Shown one piece after another: positions 41,556 through 54,230 of a stretch of DNA of 64,000 bases. Source of the DNA: the human T2T-CHM13v2.0 reference genome, Homo sapiens; the NCBI RefSeq assembly GCF_009914755.1, contig NC_060937.1; one strand, 5' to 3'. Each line of letters opens with the position of its first letter. The stretch's first letter is position 1. The notes under the pieces were generated by a model. That model ran no database searches. It was not told where the DNA came from and saw nothing but the letters and a program-made list of their open reading frames with translations. The translations under genes and the position numbers were made by a program.

Positions 41556-43081
41556 GGCCTCTTTTTACTCTCTTCTCCAATCTCCCTCACTATCCCTCAA
41601 CCTCTTTCTCCTTTCAATCTTGGCGCCACACTTCAATCTCTCCCTTCTCTTAATTTCAATTCCTTTCATTTTCTGGTAGAGACAAAAGAGACATGTTTTA
41701 TCCATGAACCCAAAACTCCAGCGCCGGTCACGGGCTGGGGAAGGCAGCCTTCCCTTGGTGTTTAATCATTGCAGGGACACCTCTCTGATTATACACTCAC
41801 GTTTCAAGGGTGTCAGACCACGCAGGGACGCCTGCCTTGGTCCTTCACCCTTAGCGGCAAGTCCTGCTTTCCTGGGGCAGGGGCAAGTATCCCTCAACCC
41901 CTTCTCCTTCACCCTTAGTGGCAAGTCCCGCTTTCCTGGAGCAGGGGCAAGTACCCCTCAATCCCTTCTCCTTCACCCTTAGTGGCAAGTCCCGCTTTCC
42001 TAGGGGGCAAGAAGCCCCCAGTTGCTTATTTCCACACCCCAACCTCTTATCTCTGTGCCCCAATCCCTTATTTCCGCACCCTGACCTCTTATCTCTGTGC
42101 CCCCATCCCTTATTTCCGTGCCCCAACCCCTTCTCTGCTTTTCTGGAGGGCAAGAACCCCCCAACCCTTCTCCGTGTCTCTTTTCTCTGGGCTTGCCTCC
42201 TTCACTATGGGTAAGCTTCCACCCTCCATTCCTCCTTCTCCTCCCTTAGCCTGTGTTCTCAAAAACTTAAAACCTCTTCAACTCACACCTGACCTAAAAC
42301 CTAAATGACTTATTTTCTTCTGCAATGCCGTTTGACCCCAATACAAACTCGACAGTAGTTCCAAATAGCCAGAAAATGGCACTTTGAATTTTTCCATCCT
42401 GCAAAATCTAAATAATTCTTGTCGTAAAATAGGCAAACGGTCTGAGGTGCCTGACGTCCAGGCATTCTTTTACACATCAGTCCCTTCCTAGTCTCTGTGA
42501 CCAGTGCAACTCGTCCCAAATCTTCCTTCTTTCCCTCCCGCCTGTCCCCTCAGTACCAACCCCAAGCGTCGCTGAGTCTTTCTAATCTTCCTTTTCTACA
42601 GACCCATCTGACCTCTCCCTTCCTCCCCAGGCTGCTCCTGGCCAGGCCGAGCTAGGTCCCAATTCTTCCTCAGCCTCTGCTCCTCCACCCTATAATCTTT
42701 TTATCACCTCCCCTCCTCACACCTGGTCGGGCTTACAGTTTCGTTCGGTGACTAGCCCTCCCCCACCTGCCCAGCAATTTACTCTTAAAAAGGTGGCTGG
42801 AGCTAAAGGCATAGTCAAGGTTAATGCTCCTTTTTCTTTACCCCAAATCAGATAGCGTTTAGGCTCTTTTTCATCAAATATAAAAATCCAGCCCAGTTCA
42901 TGGCTTGTTTGGCAGCAACCCTGAGACGCTTTACAGCCCTAGACCCTAAAAGGTCAAAAGGCCGTCTTATGCTCAATATACATTTTATTACCCAATCTGC
43001 TCCCGATATTAAATAAAACTCCAAAAATTAAATTCTGGCCCTCAAACCCCACAACAGGATTTAATTAACCTCACCTTCAAG

Positions 43082-44390
43082 GTGTACCATAATAGAAAAA
43101 AGTTGCAATTCCTTGCCTCCACTGTGAGACAAACCCCAGCCACGTCTCCAGCACACAAGAACTTCCAAACGCCTGAACCGCAGCGGCCACGCGTTCCTCC
43201 AGAACCTCCTCCCACAGGAGCTTGCTACACGTGCCAGAAATCTGGCCACTGGGCCAAGGAATGCCCGCAGCCTGGGATTCCTCCTAAGCCGCGTCCCATC
43301 TGTGTGGGACCCCACTGAAAATCGGACTGTTCAACTCACCTGGCAGCCACTCCCAGAGCCCCTGGAACTCTGGCCCAAGCCTCTCTGACTGACTCCTTCC
43401 CAGATCTTCTCGGCTTAGCGGCTGAAGACTGACACTGCCGGATCACCTCGGAAGCCCCCTAGACAGTCACTGACGCCGAGCTTCAGGTAACTCTCACAGT
43501 GGAAGGTAAGCCCGTCCCCTTCTTAATCAATACGGAGGCTACTCACTCCACATTACCCTCTTTTCAAGGGCCTGTTTCCCTTGCCTCCATAACTGTTGTG
43601 GGTATTGACGGCCAGGCAAACCTCTTAAAACTCCCCAACTCTGGTGCCAACTTAGACAATACTCTTTTAAGCACTCCTTTTTAGTTATCCCCACCTGCCC
43701 AGTTCCCTTATTAGGCCGAGACACTTTAACTAAATTATCTGCTTCCCTGACTATTCCTGGACTACAGCTATATCTCATTGCCGCCCTTCTTCCCAATTCA
43801 AAGCCTCCTTTGCGTCATCCTCTTGTATCCCCCCACCTTAACCCACAAGTATAAGATACCTCTACTCCCTCCTTGGCGACCGATCATGCACCCCTTACCA
43901 TCTCACTAAAACCTAATCACCCTTACCCCACTCAACGCCAATATCCCATCCCGCAGCACGCTTTAAAAAGATTAAAGCCTGTTATCACTCGCCTGCTACA
44001 GCATGGCCTTTTAAAGCCTATAAACTCTCCTTACAATTCCCCCATTTTACCTGTCCTAAAACCAGACAAGCCTTACAAGTTAGTTCAGGATCTGCACCTT
44101 ATCAACCAAATTGTTTTGCCTATACACCCTGTGGTGCCAAACCCATATACTCTCCTATCCTCAATACCTGCCTCTACAACCCATTATTCTGTTCTAGATC
44201 TCAAACATGCTTTCTTTACTATTCCTTTGCACCCTTAATCCCAGCCTCTCTTTGCTTTCACTTGGACTGACCCTGACACCCATCAAGCTCAGCAAATTAC
44301 CTAGGCTGTACTGCCGCAAAGCTTCTCAGACAGCCCCCATTACTTCAATCAAGCCCAAATTTCTTCCTCATCTGTTACCTATCTCGGCAT
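43082..44390 (+). pseudogene. Degenerate HERV-H gag-pro-pol
   Basis: Zinc knuckle CYTCQKSGHWAKEC; protease-like FLINTEATHS (catalytic DTG lost); RT SPYNSPILPVLKPDK…LVQDL…VLDLKHAFFTIPLHP; stops and frameshifts. Confidence 0.92.
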
Positions 44391-47300
44391 AATTCTCATA
44401 AAAACACACGTGCTCTCCCTGCCAATCGCGTCCGACTGATCTCTCAAACCCAAGCACCTTCTACAAAACAACAACTCCTTTCCTTCCTAGGCATGGTTAG
44501 CGCGGTCAGAATTCTTACACAAGAGCCAGGACCACACCCTGTAGCCTTTCTGTCCAAACAACTTGACCTTACTGTTTTAGCCTAGCCCTCATGTCTGCGT
44601 GCAGCGGCTGCCGCTGCTTTAATACTTATAGAGGCCCTCAAAATAAGTAGAGGCCTTTCCTACAGGGTCTGAGAAGGCCACCGCAGTCATTTCTTCCCTT
44701 CTGTCAGACATAATTCCTCAGTCTAGCCTTCCCACCTCAATACAGTCTGATAACAGACGAGCCTTTATTAGTCAAATCAGCCAAGCAGTTTTTCAGGCTC
44801 TTAGTATTCAGTGAAACCTTTATATCCCTTATAGTCCTCCATCTTCAAGAAAACACACCTCACCAAGCTCAGCCACCAACTTAAAAAGGACTGGACAATA
44901 CTTTTACCACTTTCCCTTCTCAGAATTCAGGCCTGTCCTCAGAATGCTACAGGGTACAGCCCATTTAAGGTCCTGTATAGATGCTCCTTTTTATTAGGCC
45001 CCAGTCTCATTCCAGACACCAGACCAACTTAGACTGTGCCTCAAAAAAAAAAATCCCAAAAAAAAAAACTTGTCATCCCTACTATTTTCTGTCTAGTCAT
45101 ACTGCTATTCACCGTTCTCAACTACTCATACATGCCCTGCTCTTGTTTACACTGCCAGTTTACACTGTTTTTCCAAGCCATCACAGCTGATATCTCCTGG
45201 TGCTATCCCCAAACTGCCACTCTTAACTCTTGAAGTACATAAATAATCTTTGCTGGCAGGACTATGCTGAATCTCCTTAGGCACTCTCTAATCAGACATC
45301 CTGAGTTGTCCCAATTCTTAGGCCTTTTATACCTGTTTTTCTCCTTCTGTTATTTCATTTAGTTTTTCAATTCATACAAAACCGTATCCAGGCCATCACC
45401 AATCATTCTATATGACAAATGTTTCTTCTAACATCCCCACAATATCACGCCTTACCACAAGACCTCCCTTCAGCTTAATCTCTCCCACTCTAGGTTCCCA
45501 CGCCGCCCCTAATCCCGCTCGAAGCAGCCCTGAGAAACATCGCCCATTCTCTCTCCATACCACCCCCCAAAAAATTTTCACCGCCCCAACACTTCAACAC
45601 TATTTTGTTTTATTTTTCTTATTAATATAAGAAGGCAGGAATGTCAGGCCTCTGAGCCCAAGCCAAGCCATCGCATCCCCTGTGATTTGCACGTATATGC
45701 CCAGATGGCCTGAAGTAACTGAAGAATCACAAAAGAAGTGAATATGCCTTTCCCCACCTTAACTGATGACATTCCACCACAAAAGAAGTGTAAATGGCCG
45801 GTCCTTGCCTTAACTGATGACATTACCTTGTGAAAGTCCTCTTCCTGGCTCATCCTGGCTCAAAAAGCACCCCCACTGAGCACCTTGCGACCCCCACTCC
45901 TGCCCGCCAGAGAACAAACCCCCTTTGACTGTAATTTTCCTTTACCTACCCAAATCCTATAAAACGGCCCCACCCTTATCTCCCTTCGCTGACTCTCTTT
46001 TCGGACTCAGCCCGCCTGCACCCAGGTGAAATAAACAGCCATGTTGCTCACACAAAGCCTGTTTGGTGGTCTCTTCACACGGACACGCATGAAAGAGTCC
46101 TCATGGAGAAACTCTACTAGGGCAAAGTGGAGGGGAAATGCAGGCTTGGAGTCCCCCACACAGAATCCCCACTGGGGCACCGCCTAGTGGAGCTGTGAGA
46201 AGAGGGTCACTGTCTTCCGGACCCCAGAATTGTAGATCCACTGACAGCTTGCACTGTGCTTCTGGAAAAGCCACCGGCACTCAATGCCAGCCAGCCGGTG
46301 AAAGCAGTCGAGGGGACTGTATCCCGCAGAACCACAAGGGTGGAGCTTCCCAAGGCCTTGAGAGCCCAGCCCTTGCATCAGTGTAGCCTGGACGTGAGAC
46401 ATGGAGTCAAAAGAGATTATTTTGGAGCTTTAAGATTCAATGGCTGCCCTGCTGGGTTTTGAACTTGCACGTGGCCTGTAGCCTCTTTGTTTTGCCTGAT
46501 TTCTCTCTTTTGGAATGGGAGTGTTTAGCCAATGCCTGTGCCCCTATTGTATCTTGGAAGTAACTAACTTGTTTTTTTATTTTATAGACTCATGGGCAGA
46601 AGGGACTTGCCTTGTCTCAGATGAGACTTTGGACTGTGGACTTTTGAGTTAACACTGAAATGAGTTAAAATTTAGGGGACTGTTGAGAAGAGATTATTGT
46701 ATTTTGTAGTGTGAGAAGGACATGATATTTGGGAGGGGTTGGGGTGGAATTATATGGTTTAAATTTGGGTCCTCATTACCAATGCCATGAAGCCATCCTA
46801 CAAATCCTGGGCTGCTTACACACCAATTAATATGGTTTCAATTTGTGTCCCTGACCAAATCTCATGTTGAACTGTAATCCCCAATGTTGGGGTAGGGGTC
46901 TGGTGGAAGGTTATTGGATCATGGGGGCAGACATTCCCCTTGCTGTTCTCATGATGGTGAATGAGTTCTCATGAGATGTGGTTGTTTAAAAGTATGTAAC
47001 ACCTCTCCTCCTCTCTCTGTTTCTCCTGCTCTAGCCATGTAAAACGTGCCTCCTCCCTCTTTGCCTTCTGCCATGATTGTAAGTTTCCTGAGGCCTCCCA
47101 ACCATGCTTCCTGTACAGCCTGTGGAACTGTAAGCTGATTAAACCTCTTTTCTTTATAAATTACCCAGTTTCAGGTAGTTGTTTATAGCAATGTGAGAAC
47201 AAACTAATATACCAACTATGACATGAAAGAGAAAGAAATCTCTATCTTGTTTAATCAACTATCATTTCAGATCTCTGCCACCATGACCAAGGCTATAGCT

Positions 47301-48898
47301 TAACTAAAATCTCTTTTTTCAGAAGGTTATATTTTCTCCCCATATCCCTCTTTAGGAGCAAGTATTCTCTCAAAGGAATTTAGGTAAACACAAGAATAAC
47401 ACATTTTGGTGGGAAACCCTTATTGGTTACAGAACACCTTCAAAAGCTAATAATTTTGCATTCAAAGAAATATATGAAATTAAGAAATTTTGAAAATAAA
47501 AAACCTTAGCAACATCCAAGGGCCTGTTAGGGTAGATATTATCGTTTCTAAGATGCAGTGATGAAGTAATGTGTGTTAGAGAAGCACATGCTGCATTCAT
47601 TTAATTTTTAACCTTTTGGGTGAATGTCCCTTTTTTTAGGAACGTCCTGAAAATATGGATGTGAACATAGTGGCTTTGAAATCAAAGAGAATCAAGGCCA
47701 GGTGCCAGCTCAGCCCCTTAGTAGCACAAGCAAAGTCTTTAATTTTTCTAAGCATTAACAACTATTCAGCGAACGGTAACTCAGACCTCATGCAATAGGA
47801 AAAGTAAAAGCAATGATATACAAATTCACAAACAAATAAATATAAAAGAGCAATAAGCATATGGGAAAAAGTCAGCTCAATAGATACCAGAGGAGTAAAA
47901 ATGTGGAAGAATTATATAACTCGAAGAATTGTCCCAGAAAATTTGGAACCATATTAGAGTACCTTACGTATAGTAGAAGCTTGGCAAGTGTCCATGGTTG
48001 GTCCAACCAGCTCTGAATTTTGTTTGCATTTCACAGCAACTAATTCTTTTAATTTCAGGGAAAGTGGCTGTGTCTGCAGCTTTATGTCTGTCTTACAGAA
48101 AAACTGGTTCAATATAACTTGAAGACTAGAGGGGGAAGTTATAATAATAGACAGTTGTGTTTGGTTTACATTTAGATGCTGGTGAGCAGATATACCCTTG
48201 AACACAGAAAAGGTCACAAAACATGAAGTCAGGAGCCACTAGTTTTAGTCTGAGTTCTACCATCTACTGGCTCCATCAAATTTTGGTCAGCCTCAGTTTT
48301 CCCATATGAATCTATGGCATTACATGTTTGTTTGTTTGCTTGTTTTTAATTAATGGCCAGATACTTCAATTAGTACAAACATAGATACCAAGCAATGAAA
48401 TAAACCCCGAAGAAGTGAAATGACAATGTGTAGCAAACAACCAACTACAACTCAATGAGCAGGAGGAAGTGACCTGTCCTCCAGGATGCAGACAGTGCAA
48501 AGGAATGAACTACAAAACCCCCACACCTTCCACATTCCCAACTGTCCTGAATAGCCAAATCCATGTGCCATTATTTCAGACTGCAGCTCCCACCAAACAC
48601 ACACACATAAACACTCACATACCTTTTCTATAGATCTCTAACCCATCTTTGTCCCCTACACTAGATTTCAAAGATTGACATTTCCAATCCAGTCTCTACC
48701 TCTATACATGCTGTAGTCACATGTCTGCTGCATTCTCCAAACTCTCTGGAACTAAACTGAATGTCTCAAGCCTCCATGACCTGGGCCTGTAATCCCATTG
48801 TTTGTTCTACTTGGTGGAGAGGTCTCAGAGTCTTTTTCCCAACTCAGATGCCCCTGCTACAAGGTAATACCTAAAAAGCCCATTGAAAAAATAAAAAT

Positions 48899-49297
<399 letters not shown>

Positions 49298-50249
49298 GAA
49301 AAGCTTATTGAATCAAAGTCTCCCAGCCTCACAATGACACCCATCACTAGGCCACATCTCTCTTCTGCTCTTATCCTGAACTTTGACCAGAGTCTGCCCC
49401 TTTGCGCTCAGGAAATTCTAGAACTCCCACAAATGACACTCACTTGGCTTATTAACTTCCAAGTGACAAGCTGAGTAACAGTAGTCTCCAGTCCCTTGCT
49501 TGTCCCCTTGCTGAACAGCAAGTAATGAAAGGGCAGCCACAAAGTTCAGAGTTCTTTCAGTGCTTATTGAAAAAGAGGCAATATGTTTAGGAAAATGTCC
49601 CCCTCTCACAAAGTTGCCTCTGCTCTCAGGGGTCTATTTTACCCTATCTTTGTCCTGAGTTAATCACCTCTCCATGGTATAATTAGAATGTCCACATGTG
49701 ATTCCTAGGTAGAAATGGGTACCTCTGGGGAAGAAGTCAGGCTTCCCACACAGCAGTCGATTGACGAAGTGCCCACACCTGGTCAAGCAGCACTGGGCTC
49801 AACCCAAGGACCACCCTACGGGGTCATTATTAAATAGAATATAGGACACACGCCAACATCCTGAAACCACAGAGCTACATGTTGTTTTTGAAGGTGACTT
49901 CTCCATCACCCCTCCAAATGTTCCCTTTACATGTTGTGAAATTCAGCTCCTAGATTGACTTCTCATGCCTTCAACAATGCTAAGCTTTCAAAATTCCTTG
50001 CAGTCCAGTGCCTCACCAGGCCAGCCAGCTGTCTTGGCTGATAAATTCTGCATTAGCAAGAGAGATATTAAACTTGAAGTATTTCATTTCCAAGAGATGT
50101 GCTATATTTTTTTCTTTTGTATGAATTTTCCTGGAAAAATAAAATTGACATTAAGTTCCAGGTTCATCTGGAAGACCAGAAAAACTCTCCCTTCAGTGAA
50201 CACACTTCTCTTAATACCCAGGAGTGCCCATGGGCAGTCACTATACCTC

Positions 50250-50750
50250 GGTGAGAAAAGGATGGGTCTTGGAGGACACAGACCCGGAGTTGAATCCAAA
50301 TTCTCCAGATCACCAGCTATGTGACCTTGAACAAATTATAAATCCTTTCTGACTCTTTGTTCCACTATCTATGAATGGTGATGGTGGTAATATTACTTTG
50401 CCAAATTAGCAAAAAATGCATGTATAATATCTGGCACCTGATATGAATTCAATGGATAGAGGCTAGTATATATCCTACCAGAAGGATATAACCCTAATCA
50501 TAAGTATATATCCCTTAGTATTTATCCCTAATCAGAAGGGATTAGGAACTTCACCTTTCATTCCAGACAAACCTGGCTTAGTATCCACATCATTACTATG
50601 ATTTGGGAAAAGTTATTTAACCTCCCGAGTTTGTTTCTCTCTGTAAAGTATCAGTGAAAACTAACGTATTTCTTGTTGGAAGGATTAAAGGCAATTTTTA
50701 TAAGCACTTAGCACATGGTATATGTCTAATAAATGGTAGCTGCTATCATC
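50250..50750. mobile_element. MIR fragments
   Basis: CCAGCTATGTGACCTTGAACAA; TTTGGGAAAAGTTATTTAACCTC…CTGTAAA. Confidence 0.7.
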
Positions 50751-50766
50751 CTTGATGTTGCTACTA

Positions 50767-51082
50767 CAGTTGTCACTTGGTATTAATGAGGGAATTGGTT
50801 CCAGGACCCCCTCGGATACCAAAATCTGCAAATGCACAAGTCCCCTGCTTAAAGTGGCATAGTATTTGCATGTAACCTACACACATCCTCCTGTTTAAGT
50901 CATTTCTAGATTACTTATAAAACCTAAAACAATGTAAACGCTATGTAAATAATTGCTCTATTATATTGTTTTTATTTGTTTTTTTAATTGTTGCATATTT
51001 TATTATTTTTTCCCCGAATATTTTTGATACATGGTTGGCTGAATTTGCAGATGCAGAAACCATGGACAGGGAGGGCTGAATG
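50767..51082 (+). mobile_element. MER2 (Tigger-derived) DNA transposon
   Basis: TA TSDs; ATTGGTTCCAGGACCCCCTCGGATACCAAAATC motif. Confidence 0.85.
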
Positions 51083-52989
51083 TATTATTATTGGGCACCT
51101 TCCCTAACGCTGGCTCAGAATGCCCCCCTCAGCAGAATTATCTACCAAGTATTCTTAAGAGGCAACTCCGTGTCTTGGAGGCCACATTTCCATTTTGCCC
51201 ACATTGCAGCTGAATCCTGGGTAGGAGAACAAGTGAAGATTTTCACTTCTTGATTTTAAAATTCGTTAAGGACCTTTGTGGCCTCCTTGAAAAATGTCTG
51301 TTACCCAGTCTTCAGAGTGATTAGGAAAGCTATCAGTCATGATTAAGATTTCCTCTTCACAGGTGGAAGAATGGTCCAGGGAACTACGAACCCAGGGTTA
51401 TCCAGGCTTACAGGGCTGAAAGCCCAGAATGACTCAGTGCTACATGTTTTAAGGGAACCAATAAAGATCATTATTGTTACTCAGCAATGACATTCCTGCC
51501 ACACAGCGCAGGCTCTCTACATTTCTATTTACAATCTTCATGTTAATCCCCAAGTAATATTTAGATTGTTGTGTAAAACCCTAAATTCTGCTCCAAAAGA
51601 AGATTGTGCCAAATCCATCTATCTGAGTCCTTCCCACTGAACTCCTCATCTTCTTGCCCAGAGGTAGTCCTTCAATCATTTCCTCCAGAAATCTTACTAA
51701 ACAAAGAACAGCTGACTGCATTTGAATGCTCAAGACCTAAATTGAATGGGGAAGGAAAGAGTTACACAAAAAAACACACCAGCCAATTGGCTTCAACTCA
51801 CTTGAACTATGAGAGCTTCTAAAAGGTACCTTTCATGAATAAGGTTGGAAAAGGACTACACTCAGTTAAATTCTTTGAACAATCATGACAAAAGCCAACC
51901 CTATATCCAGCAGAAGTTGAGTATAAAAGGGTAGAGACTGCACTGAAAAATTGAAAAGTAAATTATTACATGCAAAGCATGTACCTTTGCATGAAAACAG
52001 AATTTTATGACTGTACCATCTCTGTCTATTAGCCAATAAAGTTTTAAATGATATTTTTGATGATGTCTCCAGACCCTAAGTGTTGGAGTTTCCACAACAG
52101 AGCACTCACATGAGAAAGAGACAAAAAAACAAGCAGATGGCTCTCTGGGCACGACCATCTCTGTGGTAATCATAAGGGTGGGAACCTCCCTAACAGGTAT
52201 CCAGGGTTCAAGGATCAATGCCCCAGGGGTGATTGTGAATGTGATAATTAGTTCACAACGTTTGTACTCATGCATGGTGAATCTGTAAACCAGAATAATC
52301 ATCATTTAAGTATATGTAATCATATAAATATATATACATAGATATCTATATCAATCTAGCTATCTATATCATATGTAATTGTGTAGCCAGGGCAAATCCT
52401 CCTTAGCACTGACATCCCTGGCTGGCAGCCTAATTAATAATCAGCACTTTATTAGGCTATTGCCATTTCATATTATCAGTATCTGTTTCACTCTTCAAAC
52501 TTCCAAGTGAAATATCCATTAAAATATATTTAAAAGACCAATACTAGAAACATTTGTTATTAATTTTTAATTTGATGTATAATACACTGAATTTATCTGT
52601 CTATATTATATATATCCATCTTTTAAATTATTTTGCTTGAATCTTTAATCCTTTGCTTGCTTTAATTGTCAGAGACTGAATGTGGTATCTAGCGATCTCT
52701 TAATTCCAGCATCCTGACCTTAGCCCTCCCCACTCCACTGCCACCAGCCCAAACAAATCTATTAATAATCTGGCACTAGTTTCCAACATTCTCAACAGGC
52801 TTCATGACAAAAAATAATTCTGATCAAATAATCCAGTGATAGCAGTTGCTAAAGATGCTTACAATAACTAACAGAAGATTTTTGAGAAACGAATTATCAC
52901 TCCAGATATCTCTGAAGAGTGTCTTGAAACACACTTGAAAATTGATCATATCATATCCCACAAAGAAAATCACAATAAATTCCTCAGTA

Positions 52990-53172
52990 AGCTCTGGTGG
53001 CATTGGGACCAGGTTTCCCATGGGGGTGGCCAACTAGTTAAGCACCCTTCTTTAGATTTCCTCGTTTACTTCACTAGCACCACTCTCCTACTCTTTGGAT
53101 CCCATCCCAAATAAACCATCTGCCCATAAGCCCTTATTTCAGCTTTGTTTTCCTTGAAAACAAAATCTAGGA
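52990..53172 (+). mobile_element. LTR16-like ERVL LTR 3' part
   Basis: CCCAAATAAACCATCTGCCCATAAGCCCTT… tail. Confidence 0.5.
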
Positions 53173-53739
53173 TATGTTCTTTCTTTTGCACTTATTGTCT
53201 GCATCCTGCTCAATTTGGATTCTTATGTCCAGCAGTTTCTCCTCAGTGCATGTTTTGTCCTACAAGGGGGCTGCACTTTGTTAGTTTTGACAGTCCATGG
53301 GGTCCAATCCACTCTAACACTCACCCGTAAATTGGAGGTTGCAAAGTGCTCCTGAAGTTCTGTTCTCAGACCAGCCAGCGGCACTTTCTTATGAAAACCT
53401 GTTAGCAGTTTCGAGGCTTTTCATCCTTGATCTGTCAGAAACCCCTCTGCTTTCCCTTCTTTTTCATCTATAGGTAGGTTCTGATAATAAGCAGATTTGG
53501 TTACTATGCATAGTTCACTTGTATTTGAGTGTTCATGTGAATACCTTCTCACATACTTGTATGTAGGGGTTCACATGAATACCTTCTCATGGTGCTTTTG
53601 CTGCAGATTTCTCTATTCATTTGGGTTTGCTCTCCTAGTGGCATTCTATTCCATTCCATTCCACAACCACACGAGTAAAGGATATATTCTGTAAATAATC
53701 TGCAAACTCAGTGATTGAGAAAAATAGTGGTCATCACTT

Positions 53740-54230
53740 TATAACACATACTAAAATAAGCTGCAAATGAACTGAGATAAATCTTAAAATGTAAACATAA
53801 CAAGAAGAAATAGTAGGCAAATATGTATCTTATTTGTGAAGAGGAAATTGTTTTTCTAAGCTTAAAATCCTAAAATGAAAAGAAAAAAATGATACTCATT
53901 TATATTAAAATTTCAAAAACTTGATATAAAATAGTTAAACAGTAAGTTTAATGCAAGTTAAATACTAAGCAACAAAAATACTGGTGTTAATGTGGCAAAG
54001 GATTAATTTTTAATATATGAATGCTATGAAATATATCAGTATGAATGATACTAAAATCTAGATAGAAAAATGAGCATAAGGCATGAACACAGAATTTGTA
54101 ATAAAAGCAGCAGAAATGACTAGTAAATGTGTGACTAATTTGCAAGCTCTCTAGCAAGCAAAAAAAGTGCAAATTAAAACAACAGTATAATATCATTTTT
54201 CTCCAAATTACTAATTTTTAAAAATCAGGT
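53740..54230 (+). mobile_element. Old L1M ORF2 3' fragment
   Basis: A-rich; GTGCAAATTAAAACAACAGTATAATATCATTTT motif. Confidence 0.6.

Larger units (their letters stand above)
40953..46094 (+). mobile_element. HERV-H provirus (deleted form, 5142 bp) with LTR7 at 40953-41403 and 45642-46094
   Basis: Direct LTRs TGTCAGGCCTCTGAGCCCAAG; tRNA-His PBS; PPT AAGAAGGCAGGAA; TSD GAGTC; gag/pro/pol remnants; no recognisable env ORF. Confidence 0.97.
39753..47211 (+). mobile_element. MST (MaLR) provirus: LTRs 39753-40138 and 46828-47211, internal split by HERV-H
   Basis: Two ~385-bp LTRs TAATATGGTTT…ACTAATATA; MaLR internal motifs; TSD CCAAC at 39748-39752 and 47212-47216. Confidence 0.9.

Noticed and set aside
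41840-42150. Three ~60-bp and three ~41-bp tandem units resembling an array
   Set aside because: Standard HERV-H leader repeats with no unique spacers; not CRISPR-like
51901-52305. 134-aa minus ORF with acceptor-like ttattctggtttacag at 52282
   Set aside because: No recognisable homology and no strong donor; at most a lncRNA exon
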